A stretch of 64,000 nucleotides of DNA, taken from an uncultured Alphaproteobacteria bacterium. Lineage in GTDB: Bacteria > Pseudomonadota > Alphaproteobacteria > Rhizobiales > Beijerinckiaceae. Positions 1-9,613 of the stretch are shown in pieces. The stretch covers positions 9,517-73,516 of the forward strand of contig CAWGBJ010000014.1 of NCBI GenBank assembly GCA_963820795.1, written 5' to 3'. Position 1 is the first letter of the stretch. Every line of letters starts with the position of its first letter. The position numbers and the translations under genes are program-made. Below the pieces are notes generated by a model that was given only the letters and a program-made list of their open reading frames with translations, ran no database searches and was not told the origin of the DNA.

Positions 1-301
1 ACAAGGCGACGGGCTCGCGGTCCGACCCTACCGTGCCGTCCTCCCGCGGCCACGCGTAGGTCACTTCCGCACGGGTGAACATGCCTGAAAGCGCAGGCCG
101 GCCGGCCTCGACGCGGCGCCTCATCCAGGCGCGCGCGGTACGCACCGCTTCGGAGACATCGAAGACCCGGCCCTCCGCGTCCCAGCCTTCACGCAGGCCG
201 ACGCTGATGCGAAAATCGCGGCGCGGACCGTCAGAGCCGTCGACGACGACATAGTCTTCGGGTCTTGGCGCGGACAGTCGGATGCTCGGCGTCTCGGGCA
301 T
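1..301 (-). CDS. hypothetical protein, N-terminal part only (gene runs off the left edge of the window)
   Basis: Minus-strand frame open from ATG (complement of 299-301) to position 1. It reads MPETPSIRLSAPRPEDYVVVDGSDGPRRDF... and has the strong G/C third-position bias seen in the other genes here. It is absent from the ORF track because it has no stop in the window. No family recognised. Confidence 0.4.
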   Translation of the reverse strand, partial: MPETPSIRLSAPRPEDYVVVDGSDGPRRDFRISVGLREGWDAEGRVFDVSEAVRTARAWMRRRVEAGRPALSGMFTRAEVTYAWPREDGTVGSDREPVAL

Positions 302-489
302 GGGTGGGGCTCGCTTTCTGGTCAGACTGTATCAAGGTCGCCGGGCAGGCGATTTGGATCCATCGCACATTCACCCATGGCGCACCCATAGCGTGCACGG
401 GGACGCAATATAGACGTGGCGCCGGAGCGAGGCGATTTGCGTCTGGGCGGAGGAATCCGTATCGACGCCTCTGATGACAGGACCCCTCT

Positions 490-1968
490 TTGGCGGTCCT
501 TTTGGTCGATTGCGCCAGGCGGCAATGGCAGAGCGCTGATTTGGATCATTTTCTCGGCTCATCGGCGCTGCTTGAGACTCAAGCGCTTCTTGTCGGCCTC
601 TTCCATATAGCGATCGCCGCGGCGGTCACTGTGCATGCGCTGATGACCAAGCGCGAGGTGCCGGCGGCGATCGGATGGATCGGGATGGCGTGGCTCTCGC
701 CTGTCCTGGGAGCGCTCCTCTATGTCGGTTTCGGCATCAACCGGGTGAGGCGCCGCGCCCGTCGGCTGAGGGGATCGGTTCAGAGCGTCGACCCTCTCGT
801 CACCGGCGACATTGCCTCGGAGGACCCGATCGAGCGCCTCAAGACCGCCGTCGGCAAGATCACCGGCCAGGAGATGGCGAGCGGCAAGGTCGTCGCAACG
901 CTCGAATGCGGCGACCAAGCCTACCCACAGATGCTCGCGGCGATCGAGAGCGCCAAATTTCAAGTTCGGCTCTCAACCTACATCTTCCGCACGGACGACG
1001 TCGGCCTGCAATTCATTGACGCGTTGGTCAGGGCCCATCGCCGCGGGGTGAGAACCCGTGTTCTGATCGACGGATTTGGCGGCGGATTTGTGCGCTCCTC
1101 CGCCTATCACGCTTTGCGGCGGCAAGGCGTTCCCGTCGCCCGCTTCCTGCACTCGACGCTGCCCTGGAAGATGCCGTTCCTCGATCTCAGACTGCATAAG
1201 AAGAGTCTGATCGTCGATGGGCAGAGCGCGTTCGTCGGCGGATTGAACATCGGCGCCGAGAACGTGATGGCAAAGCGGCCGAAGGCGCCAGTCCGCGACA
1301 CCCATTTTCGTGTCGAGGGAACGATCGTCCAGCAGGTCGAGCAGGAGTTCGACGACGACTGGTCGTTCACGACCGGTGAAGAGGCGATGGCGGCGGGCGC
1401 GGCGCGGCTGGAACCGGTGAGCAGCGCATCGGCGGCCCGCACGATCGCCTCCGGGCCCGACCAGGAGGTCGATCAGCTGGTTCTGGTCCTTTTGTCCGCC
1501 GTCAACCTGGCGCGGCGTTCGATCAGGATCGCCACCCCCTATTTTCTGCCGGACGAGCAACTGATCACCGCGCTCCGACTGGCCGTCCTGCGGGGCGTCG
1601 AAGTGCATATCGTCTCGCCGCAGAAGAACAACCATTTCCTGGTCGCCTGGGCCGCTGAGACGCATATTCGCCCGTTGTTGGAGACAGGTTGTCATCTCTG
1701 GCGCAGTCCGCCGCCGTTCGACCATTCGAAATTGATGACGATCGATGGCCGATGGAGCCTCATCGGCAGCGCCAACTGGGACACCCGAAGCCTTCGCCTG
1801 AATTTCGAACTGATGGTTGAGTTTTACGACAAAGACCTGGCGGAGAAGCTCGCCGAATTCATCGACCTCCGCTGCGTTCAGCCGATCACCTTGGCGGAAA
1901 TCGACAAGCGCCCGCTCCCGGTGAAGCTTCGGGATGCGGCGGCGCGGCTCGCGATGCCCTATATATGA
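490..1968 (+). CDS. cls: cardiolipin synthase (phospholipase D superfamily)
   Basis: Two HKD motifs (LHKKSLIVDG and DHSKLMTIDGRWSLIGSANWDTRS) follow two N-terminal hydrophobic helices (IAIAAAVTVHALM, IGMAWLSPVLGALLYVGFGI). The track start is TTG at 490. In-frame TTG codons at 502 and 541 are alternatives, so the 5' end is uncertain. Confidence 0.9.
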   Translation: MAVLLVDCARRQWQSADLDHFLGSSALLETQALLVGLFHIAIAAAVTVHALMTKREVPAAIGWIGMAWLSPVLGALLYVGFGINRVRRRARRLRGSVQSVDPLVTGDIASEDPIERLKTAVGKITGQEMASGKVVATLECGDQAYPQMLAAIESAKFQVRLSTYIFRTDDVGLQFIDALVRAHRRGVRTRVLIDGFGGGFVRSSAYHALRRQGVPVARFLHSTLPWKMPFLDLRLHKKSLIVDGQSAFVGGLNIGAENVMAKRPKAPVRDTHFRVEGTIVQQVEQEFDDDWSFTTGEEAMAAGAARLEPVSSASAARTIASGPDQEVDQLVLVLLSAVNLARRSIRIATPYFLPDEQLITALRLAVLRGVEVHIVSPQKNNHFLVAWAAETHIRPLLETGCHLWRSPPPFDHSKLMTIDGRWSLIGSANWDTRSLRLNFELMVEFYDKDLAEKLAEFIDLRCVQPITLAEIDKRPLPVKLRDAAARLAMPYI

Positions 1969-2729
1969 CGGCCGATAGACGAAAGCCGATGGAATCGAGG
2001 TCTCGCTTGAAGGTTGCGTCCTACAACATCCACAAGTGCCGGGGCTTGGACGGCGTCACGCGGCCCGATCGCATCATCGGGGTGATTGGCGAGCTCGGCG
2101 CCGACATCATCGCCCTTCAGGAGGTCGATCGCCGCTTTGGCCGCCGCGGCGGGCTCCTCGATCCGGCCGCCATCGAGCGCGAGACCGGAATGCAGCTTCT
2201 GGTGCAATCGGACGATTCGCGCCGCCACGGCTGGCACGGCAACGCCCTGCTCGTGCGCGGAGAACCCGTATCCTACAGCCGATCGCGCCTGAAGCTGCCG
2301 GGAGGCGAGCCTCGCGGAGCGATCGTCGCCGAACTGGATCTCGGCGACGGGGAGTTTCGCGTTATTGCGGCGCATCTCGGGTTGCTTCGTCTTTCACGGC
2401 TGGATCAGGTCAGCGCGCTGATGACCGCCTTCCGGGATCTGCCGCCGATGCCGACCATTTTGCTTGGCGATCTCAACGAGTGGCGCCGACGCGGGCGGTC
2501 TGCGTTGCGCGGGCTCGAGCCGATGTTCGGCGTCGCGCCGCCAATTCTCAGCTTTCCTTCGCGCCGGCCCATTTTCGCGCTCGACCGGATTCTCGGTTGG
2601 CCCGACGGCTTCATCGCCGATCTCGCGGTTCATGACAGCCCGCTGGCGCGGCAATCGTCCGACCATCTTCCGCTCACCGCCCGAGCGAACCTGAGGGCGG
2701 CCATGCCGGCGGAGAAAGCCGCGGCGTGA
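1965..2729 (+). CDS. endonuclease/exonuclease/phosphatase (EEP) family protein
   Basis: The ATG overlaps the cls stop (ATGA at 1965-1968). It begins LKVASYNIHKCRG and ends SSDHLPL, the first and last conserved EEP-fold motifs. A cls + EEP gene pair is also known from E. coli clsB-ybhP. Confidence 0.85.
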   Translation: MTADRRKPMESRSRLKVASYNIHKCRGLDGVTRPDRIIGVIGELGADIIALQEVDRRFGRRGGLLDPAAIERETGMQLLVQSDDSRRHGWHGNALLVRGEPVSYSRSRLKLPGGEPRGAIVAELDLGDGEFRVIAAHLGLLRLSRLDQVSALMTAFRDLPPMPTILLGDLNEWRRRGRSALRGLEPMFGVAPPILSFPSRRPIFALDRILGWPDGFIADLAVHDSPLARQSSDHLPLTARANLRAAMPAEKAAA

Positions 2730-2940
2730 GGAGGGGGATTTGCCCGCGCTCAGCCGAGCGAATGGAGGCGCACGGATTGACGCCCGCTCGATCGCCCCGA
2801 CACGTTGTCGGCCAAGGCGGTCGGAGCGCCCTTGACCTCGGTGATGAAAGGGGCCATGCGCCCCTTCCGAGGCCGCAGAAGGTCGAGGTTCCGTCCGCCT
2901 CGCCTACGGGCGGCGCGTTTCGACGGAGCCCGTCTCGTTG

Positions 2941-3768
2941 ATGCGATCAAGAGACCCGAGAGCGTTCATCCTTGCCGCCGCAGCGGCTCTCATTCTCGGC
3001 GCTCCAGCCGCGCGGGCGCTCGAATGCGGCAAGAGCGCCGAAGGCTTCGGCGCATGGCTGAGCTCCTTCCGGCAGGTGGCGATCCTGGACGGCGTCTCGC
3101 CCGAGGTCGTCGACGCGGCGCTCTCCGGCGTCGCTTATGATCATTCGGTCAAGGGTCACGATCACGGGGCCGCCGCTTTCGGCCACAATTTCGAGGGATT
3201 CGCCGCGAGCCACATCACCGCCGGCGGGATCGCGCGGGGCAGGGCGCTCTTAAGGACTTACGCCGGACCGCTCAGGACGATCGAGGAGCGCTACGGCGTT
3301 CCCGGGCCGGTCCTGGTGGCGATCTGGGGTCTGGAAACGGGCTTCGGCTCCGACAACGGCAATTATCCGACGTTCAGCGCCCTCGCCACGCTCGCCTGGG
3401 ACTGCCGCCGCCCCGAGCGCTTCCGGGCGGAACTCGTCCAGGCGCTGATGATGGTCCAGCACGGGCTCGTGCGGAATCCCAGACAGCTCAGAGGCGCCTG
3501 GGCGGGCGAAATCGGCCAGACCCAGTTGATGCCGTCGGCGGTCCTCATGTTCGCCACCACGCCCGACGGCGGCGGCGAGCCGGACCTCATCCACAATTCC
3601 GCCGACGCCTTGGCTTCGACAGCGAATTTCCTCAAGAGCCATGGCTGGCAGCCCGGCGCCGGCTGGGACGAGGGCGAACCGAACTTCGCCGCCATCCTCG
3701 AATGGAATTCCGCGCAGATCTACGCCAAGACGGTCGCGCTCTTCGCCGACCGGCTGGCGGGGAGGTAG
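2941..3768 (+). CDS. lytic murein transglycosylase, MltB-like
   Basis: ATG at 2941 (the track uses TTG at 2938). Signal peptide AAAALILGAPAARA. The body carries MltB-family blocks (VLVAIWGLETGFG, WAGEIGQTQLMPS). Confidence 0.85.
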   Translation: MRSRDPRAFILAAAAALILGAPAARALECGKSAEGFGAWLSSFRQVAILDGVSPEVVDAALSGVAYDHSVKGHDHGAAAFGHNFEGFAASHITAGGIARGRALLRTYAGPLRTIEERYGVPGPVLVAIWGLETGFGSDNGNYPTFSALATLAWDCRRPERFRAELVQALMMVQHGLVRNPRQLRGAWAGEIGQTQLMPSAVLMFATTPDGGGEPDLIHNSADALASTANFLKSHGWQPGAGWDEGEPNFAAILEWNSAQIYAKTVALFADRLAGR

Positions 3769-3895
3769 ACTCCCCCCGCCCAGATGAAGATCGAGCGCCG
3801 CAATTGTCGCGAAACCCGAGGCGATCTCGGCATAGATGTTGGGGGTTGATCTCGTCGCGATTGGCCGCATCGCGAGAGGAGGACCTGCAACGACC

Positions 3896-5560
3896 ATGGT
3901 GAAAATGCGTCTCGGTTTCATGTGGATCGGAGCGATAGTCTCGAGTCGACTTCCGGCGATAACAGCTCAAATCCGAATCGGGATTGTTCTCTGCGCGACG
4001 ATCCCATTTTTCGGGCTGACCGACTTGGTGCGGGGTGCGTCGCCGCTTGCGATCTCTGCTTCAACGTCAGGTGCAATCACGGCTCCCCTGCGCGCTCTTT
4101 CAACCAATCCCAACTACTTCAGCGATGGCGCCGGCAAGGCAGTCTATTTGACGGGGTCTCACACTTGGAACGATTTTCAGGATTGGGGAACAAATGAGTC
4201 CCCCGTGCCGTTCGATTTTGCTGCGTATGTGAACCTGCTTGTCGCGCACAACCATAATTTCACGCTGTTGTGGCAGACAGAACTTCCGAGGTTCTGTGGA
4301 TTGCCAACCACCGCCAGTTCGCCGCCGGATTTTACTGTGACTCCGCTGCCCTGGCAGCGCTCAGGTCCGGGGAACGCATCGGACGGTAAGCCGAAATTCG
4401 ATCTCGCCAAATTCAACCCAACATACTTTGATCGGCTTCGTGCGAGGGTCCAGCGTTTGGATGCGGCTGGTATTTACGCCGGCGTCTACTTCTTCTCCGC
4501 CCAGTGGCTCCTTCGTTTTCGCTGTCCCGGTGACGGGTATCCCTTTACGGGGTCAAATAACATCAACGGAATTGACGATGGCGGCGGAACCGGTGCGGTG
4601 ACGATGACTGCTCCCAATGGGGTCACGGCCATTCAGGATGCCTTCGTCGAAAAAGTTATCGACACGCTTAATGATTTGCCGAATGTCCTCTGGATCGTGT
4701 CTAATGAAGCCCCTCCAAGTTCGACCTGGTGGAACAGCCATTTAGTCACCCTTGCCCGCTCGTATGAGGCTGGGAAGCCAGTTCAGCACCCCATCGGCTA
4801 TGCAGTGCTCGCCGACTTCAACAACTCCGTTATTCTCAATAGCGACGCCGACTGGATTGCTCCCGCCGCCGGAATCCCGCACTCTCATCTTCGAAACTTT
4901 CTTGGCCGACGAGTCACGGAGGGTGCGCTCCGATGGTTGATCGATAGGTGGTTCCCGACCACTAACTGCGGAAACGGTCACCCGTCTTGCAAAGTGACCG
5001 TCAACGATTCTGACCATAGTTACTTCGGGATGTGGAACGACTCCCCGCAGCTCAACAGAAATTTCTTCTGGATCAACTTCACCCAGGGAAATAACACTTT
5101 GTTCATGGATCCCTACGTTGTTTATTATCCGCGCGAAAGTCGTAATATTTGCCTATCGCCTGTTAATGGCGTCTGTTCGGAGCCTGATCCTCGTTGGGAT
5201 AACGTGCGTAATACCATGGGCTTTATCAGAGAATATGCCGAGCGGATGAATCTGGCCGCCATGACCGCACAGGGGAATCTTTCTTCAACCGGCCACGCTC
5301 TCGCTAACGCCAATGCGACGAATGCCGAATTCCTGATATATGCTCCTGCCGGCGGCAGCTTTACTGTGAATCTGTCCGGAAATATAGGTCAATTCGCCGT
5401 CGAATGGATGAACCCGGCGACGGGCGCCAGGGCCGTAGGCCCAAGTGTGAGTGGAGGTGCGCTGAGAACTTTCCAGCCACCCTTCAGTGGCGATGCAGTG
5501 CTGTATCTGGCGATGGTCGCCGTCACGACGCCGCCCCCTAAACCCGCGTTGGCAAGATGA
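3896..5560 (+). CDS. membrane-anchored or secreted glycoside-hydrolase-like protein (clan GH-A TIM barrel) with a C-terminal beta-sandwich resembling the 'collagenase collagen-binding' domain of DUF4038-type proteins
   Basis: Long ORF with an N-terminal hydrophobic anchor (IRIGIVLCATIPFFGL). NPNYFSDGAGKAVYLTGSHTWNDF and the WIVSNEAP block (NE-P acid/base-type motif) suggest a clan-A hydrolase. The C-terminus AEFLIYAPAGGSFTVNLSG...AVEWMNPATGA...GDAVLYL is typical of the beta-sandwich tail. GC is clearly lower than in the neighbours. Start is uncertain (ATG at 3836, 3896, 3905 or 3920). The functional call is from recollection of family motifs only. Confidence 0.6.
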   Translation: MVKMRLGFMWIGAIVSSRLPAITAQIRIGIVLCATIPFFGLTDLVRGASPLAISASTSGAITAPLRALSTNPNYFSDGAGKAVYLTGSHTWNDFQDWGTNESPVPFDFAAYVNLLVAHNHNFTLLWQTELPRFCGLPTTASSPPDFTVTPLPWQRSGPGNASDGKPKFDLAKFNPTYFDRLRARVQRLDAAGIYAGVYFFSAQWLLRFRCPGDGYPFTGSNNINGIDDGGGTGAVTMTAPNGVTAIQDAFVEKVIDTLNDLPNVLWIVSNEAPPSSTWWNSHLVTLARSYEAGKPVQHPIGYAVLADFNNSVILNSDADWIAPAAGIPHSHLRNFLGRRVTEGALRWLIDRWFPTTNCGNGHPSCKVTVNDSDHSYFGMWNDSPQLNRNFFWINFTQGNNTLFMDPYVVYYPRESRNICLSPVNGVCSEPDPRWDNVRNTMGFIREYAERMNLAAMTAQGNLSSTGHALANANATNAEFLIYAPAGGSFTVNLSGNIGQFAVEWMNPATGARAVGPSVSGGALRTFQPPFSGDAVLYLAMVAVTTPPPKPALAR

Positions 5561-5883
5561 GCATGAATCCGAGAGCCTGAAGCGCGATTCAGCTTTCATT
5601 CTCAATAGCATATTAGCCAGACTATTCGTGACGTGGTCCGGTGCGACGCGAATTGGCGGGGTACGGCTTCAGTGAGGCGACGCAGAGCGATATTCGAGTT
5701 TCAAGAGTTGATGTGGCGTTCTTTCACTCGCCCGGCCGGGCGACAGTGGTGGAGTATTGTCTCGATCAGGCCCAAAGGACCCAAAACCTGGAGCGACTGC
5801 GAGCCGCTGCTCGCGACCCTCGCGGGGGCGGGCGCACGCGGATTCCGAATGTGACTGAAGTGACGATCGGCAGAATCGGCGCG

Positions 5884-6741
5884 ATGGCGGCCATGCGCTT
5901 CTGCGGCGCTCTCGCAGCCGCATGGGCTGCCTGCATGACGGCCCCGGCGTTCGCGGCGCAGACCCCGCCGGTCAGCGACAACGCGCTGGCGACGCTCTGC
6001 GGGATCGTCGAGACCGCGGCTATGGGCGAGGGGTTGCCGATCAATTTCTTCACCCGGCTAATCTGGCGGGAGAGCGCCTTCCAGCCGGGCGCGCTGAGCT
6101 CGGCGGGCGCGCGAGGGGTCGCGCAGTTCATGCCGAATACCGCTTCCGAGCGCGGGCTTGGCGACCCATTTGATCCAGCGGCCGCGATCCCGGCGTCGGC
6201 GAAGTTCCTCGCCGAACTCGCGCAACGGTTCGGCAATCTCGGCCTGGCGGCGGCTGCCTACAACGCCGGGCCGAACGCGGTCGCCGACTGGATCGCCGGC
6301 CACGGCTCCATACCGCTCGAGACGCACGAGTATGTGCTTGCGATCACCGGACATGAGGTCGAGGAATGGCGGGGCGACAAGCCTCCGGCCTCGGCTTCGT
6401 CCGAGCCGGCCGAACGCTGCCTGACGTCGGTCGCAAAGCTGCGCGTTGCGCACGGTCCTGAGACATCGCCCGTGGTTTCCGGTCTGTTCGCGCCGTGGGG
6501 TATACAGATCTCCGCCAGTTTCTCGAAAGGCTCCGCGCTCCGCGCCTTCGCGCGTACCCAACACGATTACTATAGCGTTATCGGAAGAATGACCCCGTTC
6601 GTCCTTGGCTCCGTTTTGCGGAGTCGAGGCACGCGCCCGTTCTATCGCGTGCGCCTGCCGGCACAGACCGAGAGCGAAGCGCAAAAGCTTTGCGACCGCC
6701 TTCAGGCCGCCGGCGGCGCCTGCGCCGTGCTGAGGAGCTGA
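5884..6741 (+). CDS. lytic transglycosylase (SLT domain) with a C-terminal SPOR-like domain
   Basis: Signal peptide MAAMRFCGALAAAWAACMTAPAFA at ATG 5884 (the track ORF starts further upstream at 5641). SLT motifs RESAFQP, GARGVAQFMPNTA, AAAYNAGPNAV. C-terminal FYRVRLPAQTESEAQKLCDRLQAAGGACAV looks like a SPOR repeat. Confidence 0.8.
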   Translation: MAAMRFCGALAAAWAACMTAPAFAAQTPPVSDNALATLCGIVETAAMGEGLPINFFTRLIWRESAFQPGALSSAGARGVAQFMPNTASERGLGDPFDPAAAIPASAKFLAELAQRFGNLGLAAAAYNAGPNAVADWIAGHGSIPLETHEYVLAITGHEVEEWRGDKPPASASSEPAERCLTSVAKLRVAHGPETSPVVSGLFAPWGIQISASFSKGSALRAFARTQHDYYSVIGRMTPFVLGSVLRSRGTRPFYRVRLPAQTESEAQKLCDRLQAAGGACAVLRS

Positions 6742-6755
6742 GCGCCTTTCTGACT

Positions 6756-7415
6756 TTAAGCCGCCATGCGGATCGCCTCGATGTTGCCCGCGTAGGCGCT
6801 GGCGTCGCCTTCGAACACCGCCGAGCCGGCGACGAAGACGTCCGCTCCGGCGCGCTTCAGGAGCGGCGCGGTCTCCGGCGATACGCCGCCGTCGACTTCG
6901 ATGTGGATCGCCCGGGCGCCGATCATCCGCCTGACCCGGGCGACCTTGTCGACCATCGCCGGGATGAAAGCCTGGCCGCCAAAGCCGGGGTTGACGGTCA
7001 TGACGAGGATGGTGTCGAGCCGGTCAAGCACGTATTCGATGGCGCTTTCCGGGGTGGCCGGGTTGATCGCCACGCCGGCCTTCTTGCCCAGCGCCCGGAT
7101 CTCCTGAAGCGAGCGATCGAGATGGCGTGTCGCCTCGGCATGCACGGTGATGCGGTCCGCCCCGGCCCTGGCGAAGGCCTCGAGGTAGGGATCGCAAGGC
7201 TCGATCATCAGGTGGCAGTCGAACGGCTTCGTCGTATGCGGCCTGAGCGCCGCCACGACCGGCGGCCCGAAGGTGATGTTGGGGACGAAATGCCCGTCCA
7301 TCACGTCGAGATGGATCCAGTCGGCGCCGGCCGCCGCTACGGCTCGCACCTCCTCGCCGAGCTTTGAAAAGTCCGACGCCAGGATCGAGGGGGCCATGAG
7401 GACCGGATGGGTCAT
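6756..7415 (-). CDS. rpe: ribulose-phosphate 3-epimerase
   Basis: [17 protein letters not shown]..., [22 protein letters not shown] and EVDGG blocks over the full length. Confidence 0.95.
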   Translation of the reverse strand: MTHPVLMAPSILASDFSKLGEEVRAVAAAGADWIHLDVMDGHFVPNITFGPPVVAALRPHTTKPFDCHLMIEPCDPYLEAFARAGADRITVHAEATRHLDRSLQEIRALGKKAGVAINPATPESAIEYVLDRLDTILVMTVNPGFGGQAFIPAMVDKVARVRRMIGARAIHIEVDGGVSPETAPLLKRAGADVFVAGSAVFEGDASAYAGNIEAIRMAA

Positions 7416-7607
7416 GACGCGTCATGCCTTGGTTCGGGGAGAATAGGAGATGGCGGTCCGGCCGCCGCGAGTCAACGTGCCTTCGGTGTGCCTTCGGCTG
7501 CCATGATTGTGCCGCCGCCAAAAGCCTGCTAACGCTTCGCCTTTGAGCGACCACATTTCCGATTCTGGCGAAGACGAGGCGGAACACAATCTTTCCGGGA
7601 GCCTGAC

Positions 7608-9398
7608 TTGATGTTGGACACGCCCAAGCGCCGTAGATTTCTGCTTTTCCTGATCAAGCCCTCGCATTACGACGACGATGGCTACGTCATCCAGTGGTAC
7701 AAGTCGGCGCTGCCGTCCAATTCGCTCGCCTGCCTGTTCGGCATCGCGCAGGATTGCATGCAGCGTCAGGCGCTTGGCGAAGACGTCGACATCGAGATTT
7801 TCCCCATCGACGAGACCAACACCCGCGTCCGGCCAGACCGTATCGCCCGGCAGATTCAGGACAATGGCGGCTTCGGGATGGTCGGCTTCGTCGGCGTCCA
7901 GTCGAATCAGTTTCCGCGCGTGATGGACTGTGCCCGGCCGCTGCGGGCAATCGGGGCGCCGGTGATCATCGGCGGTTTCCACGTCTCCGGCTGCCTATCC
8001 ATGCTGCCTGAGACGCCCGATTCGCTCAAAGAAGCGCTTGACCTTGGCATTTCGCTTTATGCGGGTGAGGCGGAAGGGCGGTTCGATGAAGTATTGCGCG
8101 ACGCTGCAGCGGGAAAGCTCAAGCCGATTTACAATTACCTCCATGATCTGCCAGGGCTAGAGGGCGCGACGGGCCCCTACATGCCGCCCGAGCGCGTGGG
8201 ACGGACGCTCGGCATGATCTCGAGCTTTGACGCCGGACGCGGCTGTCCGTTCCTCTGCTCGTTCTGCACCATCATCAACGTGCAGGGCCGCAAGTCGCGC
8301 TACCGCAGTGCGGACGACGTCGAAGCGCTCGTGCGCGTCAACCACGCCAACGGCGTCCGATACTTCTTCATCACCGACGATAATCTGGCCCGCAATCGCA
8401 ACTGGGAATCGATTTTCGACCGGCTGATCGCGCTGCGCCAGGAGGGCATCTACTCGCGCTTCATCATCCAGGTCGACACGGCGTGCCACAAGATTCCCCG
8501 TTTCATCGACAAGGCGGTGGCGGCGGGCGTCAAGCGGGTGTTCATCGGGCTTGAGAATATCGATCCTGACAACCTCGCTGCGGCGAAGAAGAAGCAGAAC
8601 CACATCGCCGATTACCGCGAGCTGCTGCTCGAGTGGCGCAAGCACCGCTGCATCACCTATTGCGGCTATATCATCGGTTTCCCGAACGACACGCCGCAAT
8701 CGCTCGTCCAGCGCATCCAGATCATCCAGCGCGAGCTGCCGGTCGACATTCTCGAATTCTCCATCCTCACCCCGCTGCCCGGCAGCGAGGATCACGCCAG
8801 GGCGGTCGCGAAGGGGGTCGATATCGACCCGGACCTCAACAAGTTCGACCTCGAGCATGTCACCACCGACCATCCGCGCATGTCGCGCGAGGAATGGCAG
8901 GAGGCCTATCGGCTGGCCTGGCGGACCTACTACACCGAGGACCACATCAAGACGGTGATCCGCCGCGCGGTCGCGGGCGGCCCGCGTCCGGACACGGTCG
9001 CCTATCTGCTCACCTGGTTCTGGGCGAGCTTTCACTTCTACAATATCTATCCGCTGGAGACCGGCATGATCCGGCGCCGGTACCGCCGCGACCGAAGGCC
9101 TGGGCTGCCGGTCGAGAACCCGCTCCTTTTCCACGCCCGCCATTGGGGTGGGCAGGTCGTCACCTACGCCAGGATCCTTGCGATGTTTGCCAGGATCCAC
9201 CTATGGGTGCGTAGGCTCGAGCGCGATCCGAACGCCAAGAGCTACACCGACGAGGCGCTGAGAACATTCGACGACTACGAGCATCAGGAAATGTATCAGC
9301 TTTCCGAAGCGGCCCGGAAGGCCGGCGAGAAGGCGAAGCGGATCGAAGAGCACAGACACCACGCCCCGGCGCCGGCGAGGGCCGACGCGGCGGAGTAG
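7608..9398 (+). CDS. B12-binding-domain radical SAM enzyme (class B), substrate unknown
   Basis: CPFLCSFCT (CxxxCxxC) cluster motif follows an N-terminal Rossmann-like B12-type domain (FLLFLIKPSHYDDDGYVIQW ... VIIGGFHVSG). It has a long C-terminal extension. Stand-alone gene, divergent from rpe. Confidence 0.85.
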   Translation: MMLDTPKRRRFLLFLIKPSHYDDDGYVIQWYKSALPSNSLACLFGIAQDCMQRQALGEDVDIEIFPIDETNTRVRPDRIARQIQDNGGFGMVGFVGVQSNQFPRVMDCARPLRAIGAPVIIGGFHVSGCLSMLPETPDSLKEALDLGISLYAGEAEGRFDEVLRDAAAGKLKPIYNYLHDLPGLEGATGPYMPPERVGRTLGMISSFDAGRGCPFLCSFCTIINVQGRKSRYRSADDVEALVRVNHANGVRYFFITDDNLARNRNWESIFDRLIALRQEGIYSRFIIQVDTACHKIPRFIDKAVAAGVKRVFIGLENIDPDNLAAAKKKQNHIADYRELLLEWRKHRCITYCGYIIGFPNDTPQSLVQRIQIIQRELPVDILEFSILTPLPGSEDHARAVAKGVDIDPDLNKFDLEHVTTDHPRMSREEWQEAYRLAWRTYYTEDHIKTVIRRAVAGGPRPDTVAYLLTWFWASFHFYNIYPLETGMIRRRYRRDRRPGLPVENPLLFHARHWGGQVVTYARILAMFARIHLWVRRLERDPNAKSYTDEALRTFDDYEHQEMYQLSEAARKAGEKAKRIEEHRHHAPAPARADAAE

Positions 9399-9444
9399 CG
9401 GGCGGGCGGGTCGGAGCCGCCCTGGCGGTCATGGGCGGGCTCGT

Positions 9445-9566
9445 CCCGGCCACGCACGCCGGGTTTGGCCTGACCGATATCAAGCCGCAAACTCCACGAC
9501 AGCGCCCCTTGCCCGGTCCGCCGCGGTTGGCGGAACCGTGGAGATGGCCGGGACAAGCCCGGCCAT
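9445..9566. repeat. two REP-like GC palindromes in the radical-SAM / DUF4239 spacer
   Basis: CCCGGC-cacgcac-GCCGGG (9445-9463) and ATGGCCGGG-acaag-CCCGGCCAT (9544-9566). The second is the 'catggccgggcttgtcccggccat'-type palindrome that I recall as a common intergenic element in Hyphomicrobiales genomes. Confidence 0.5.
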
Positions 9567-9613
9567 GACGGTTGAGGCAGGAGGTGAGCGGCGGCGCCAC
9601 GGCGAGGGACCCA

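Noticed and set aside
7416-7607. Cobalamin riboswitch upstream of the B12-dependent radical SAM gene
   Set aside because: I could not find a B12-box-like core or the expected multi-stem arrangement by eye in 192 bp. An Rfam scan would be needed to exclude it formally.
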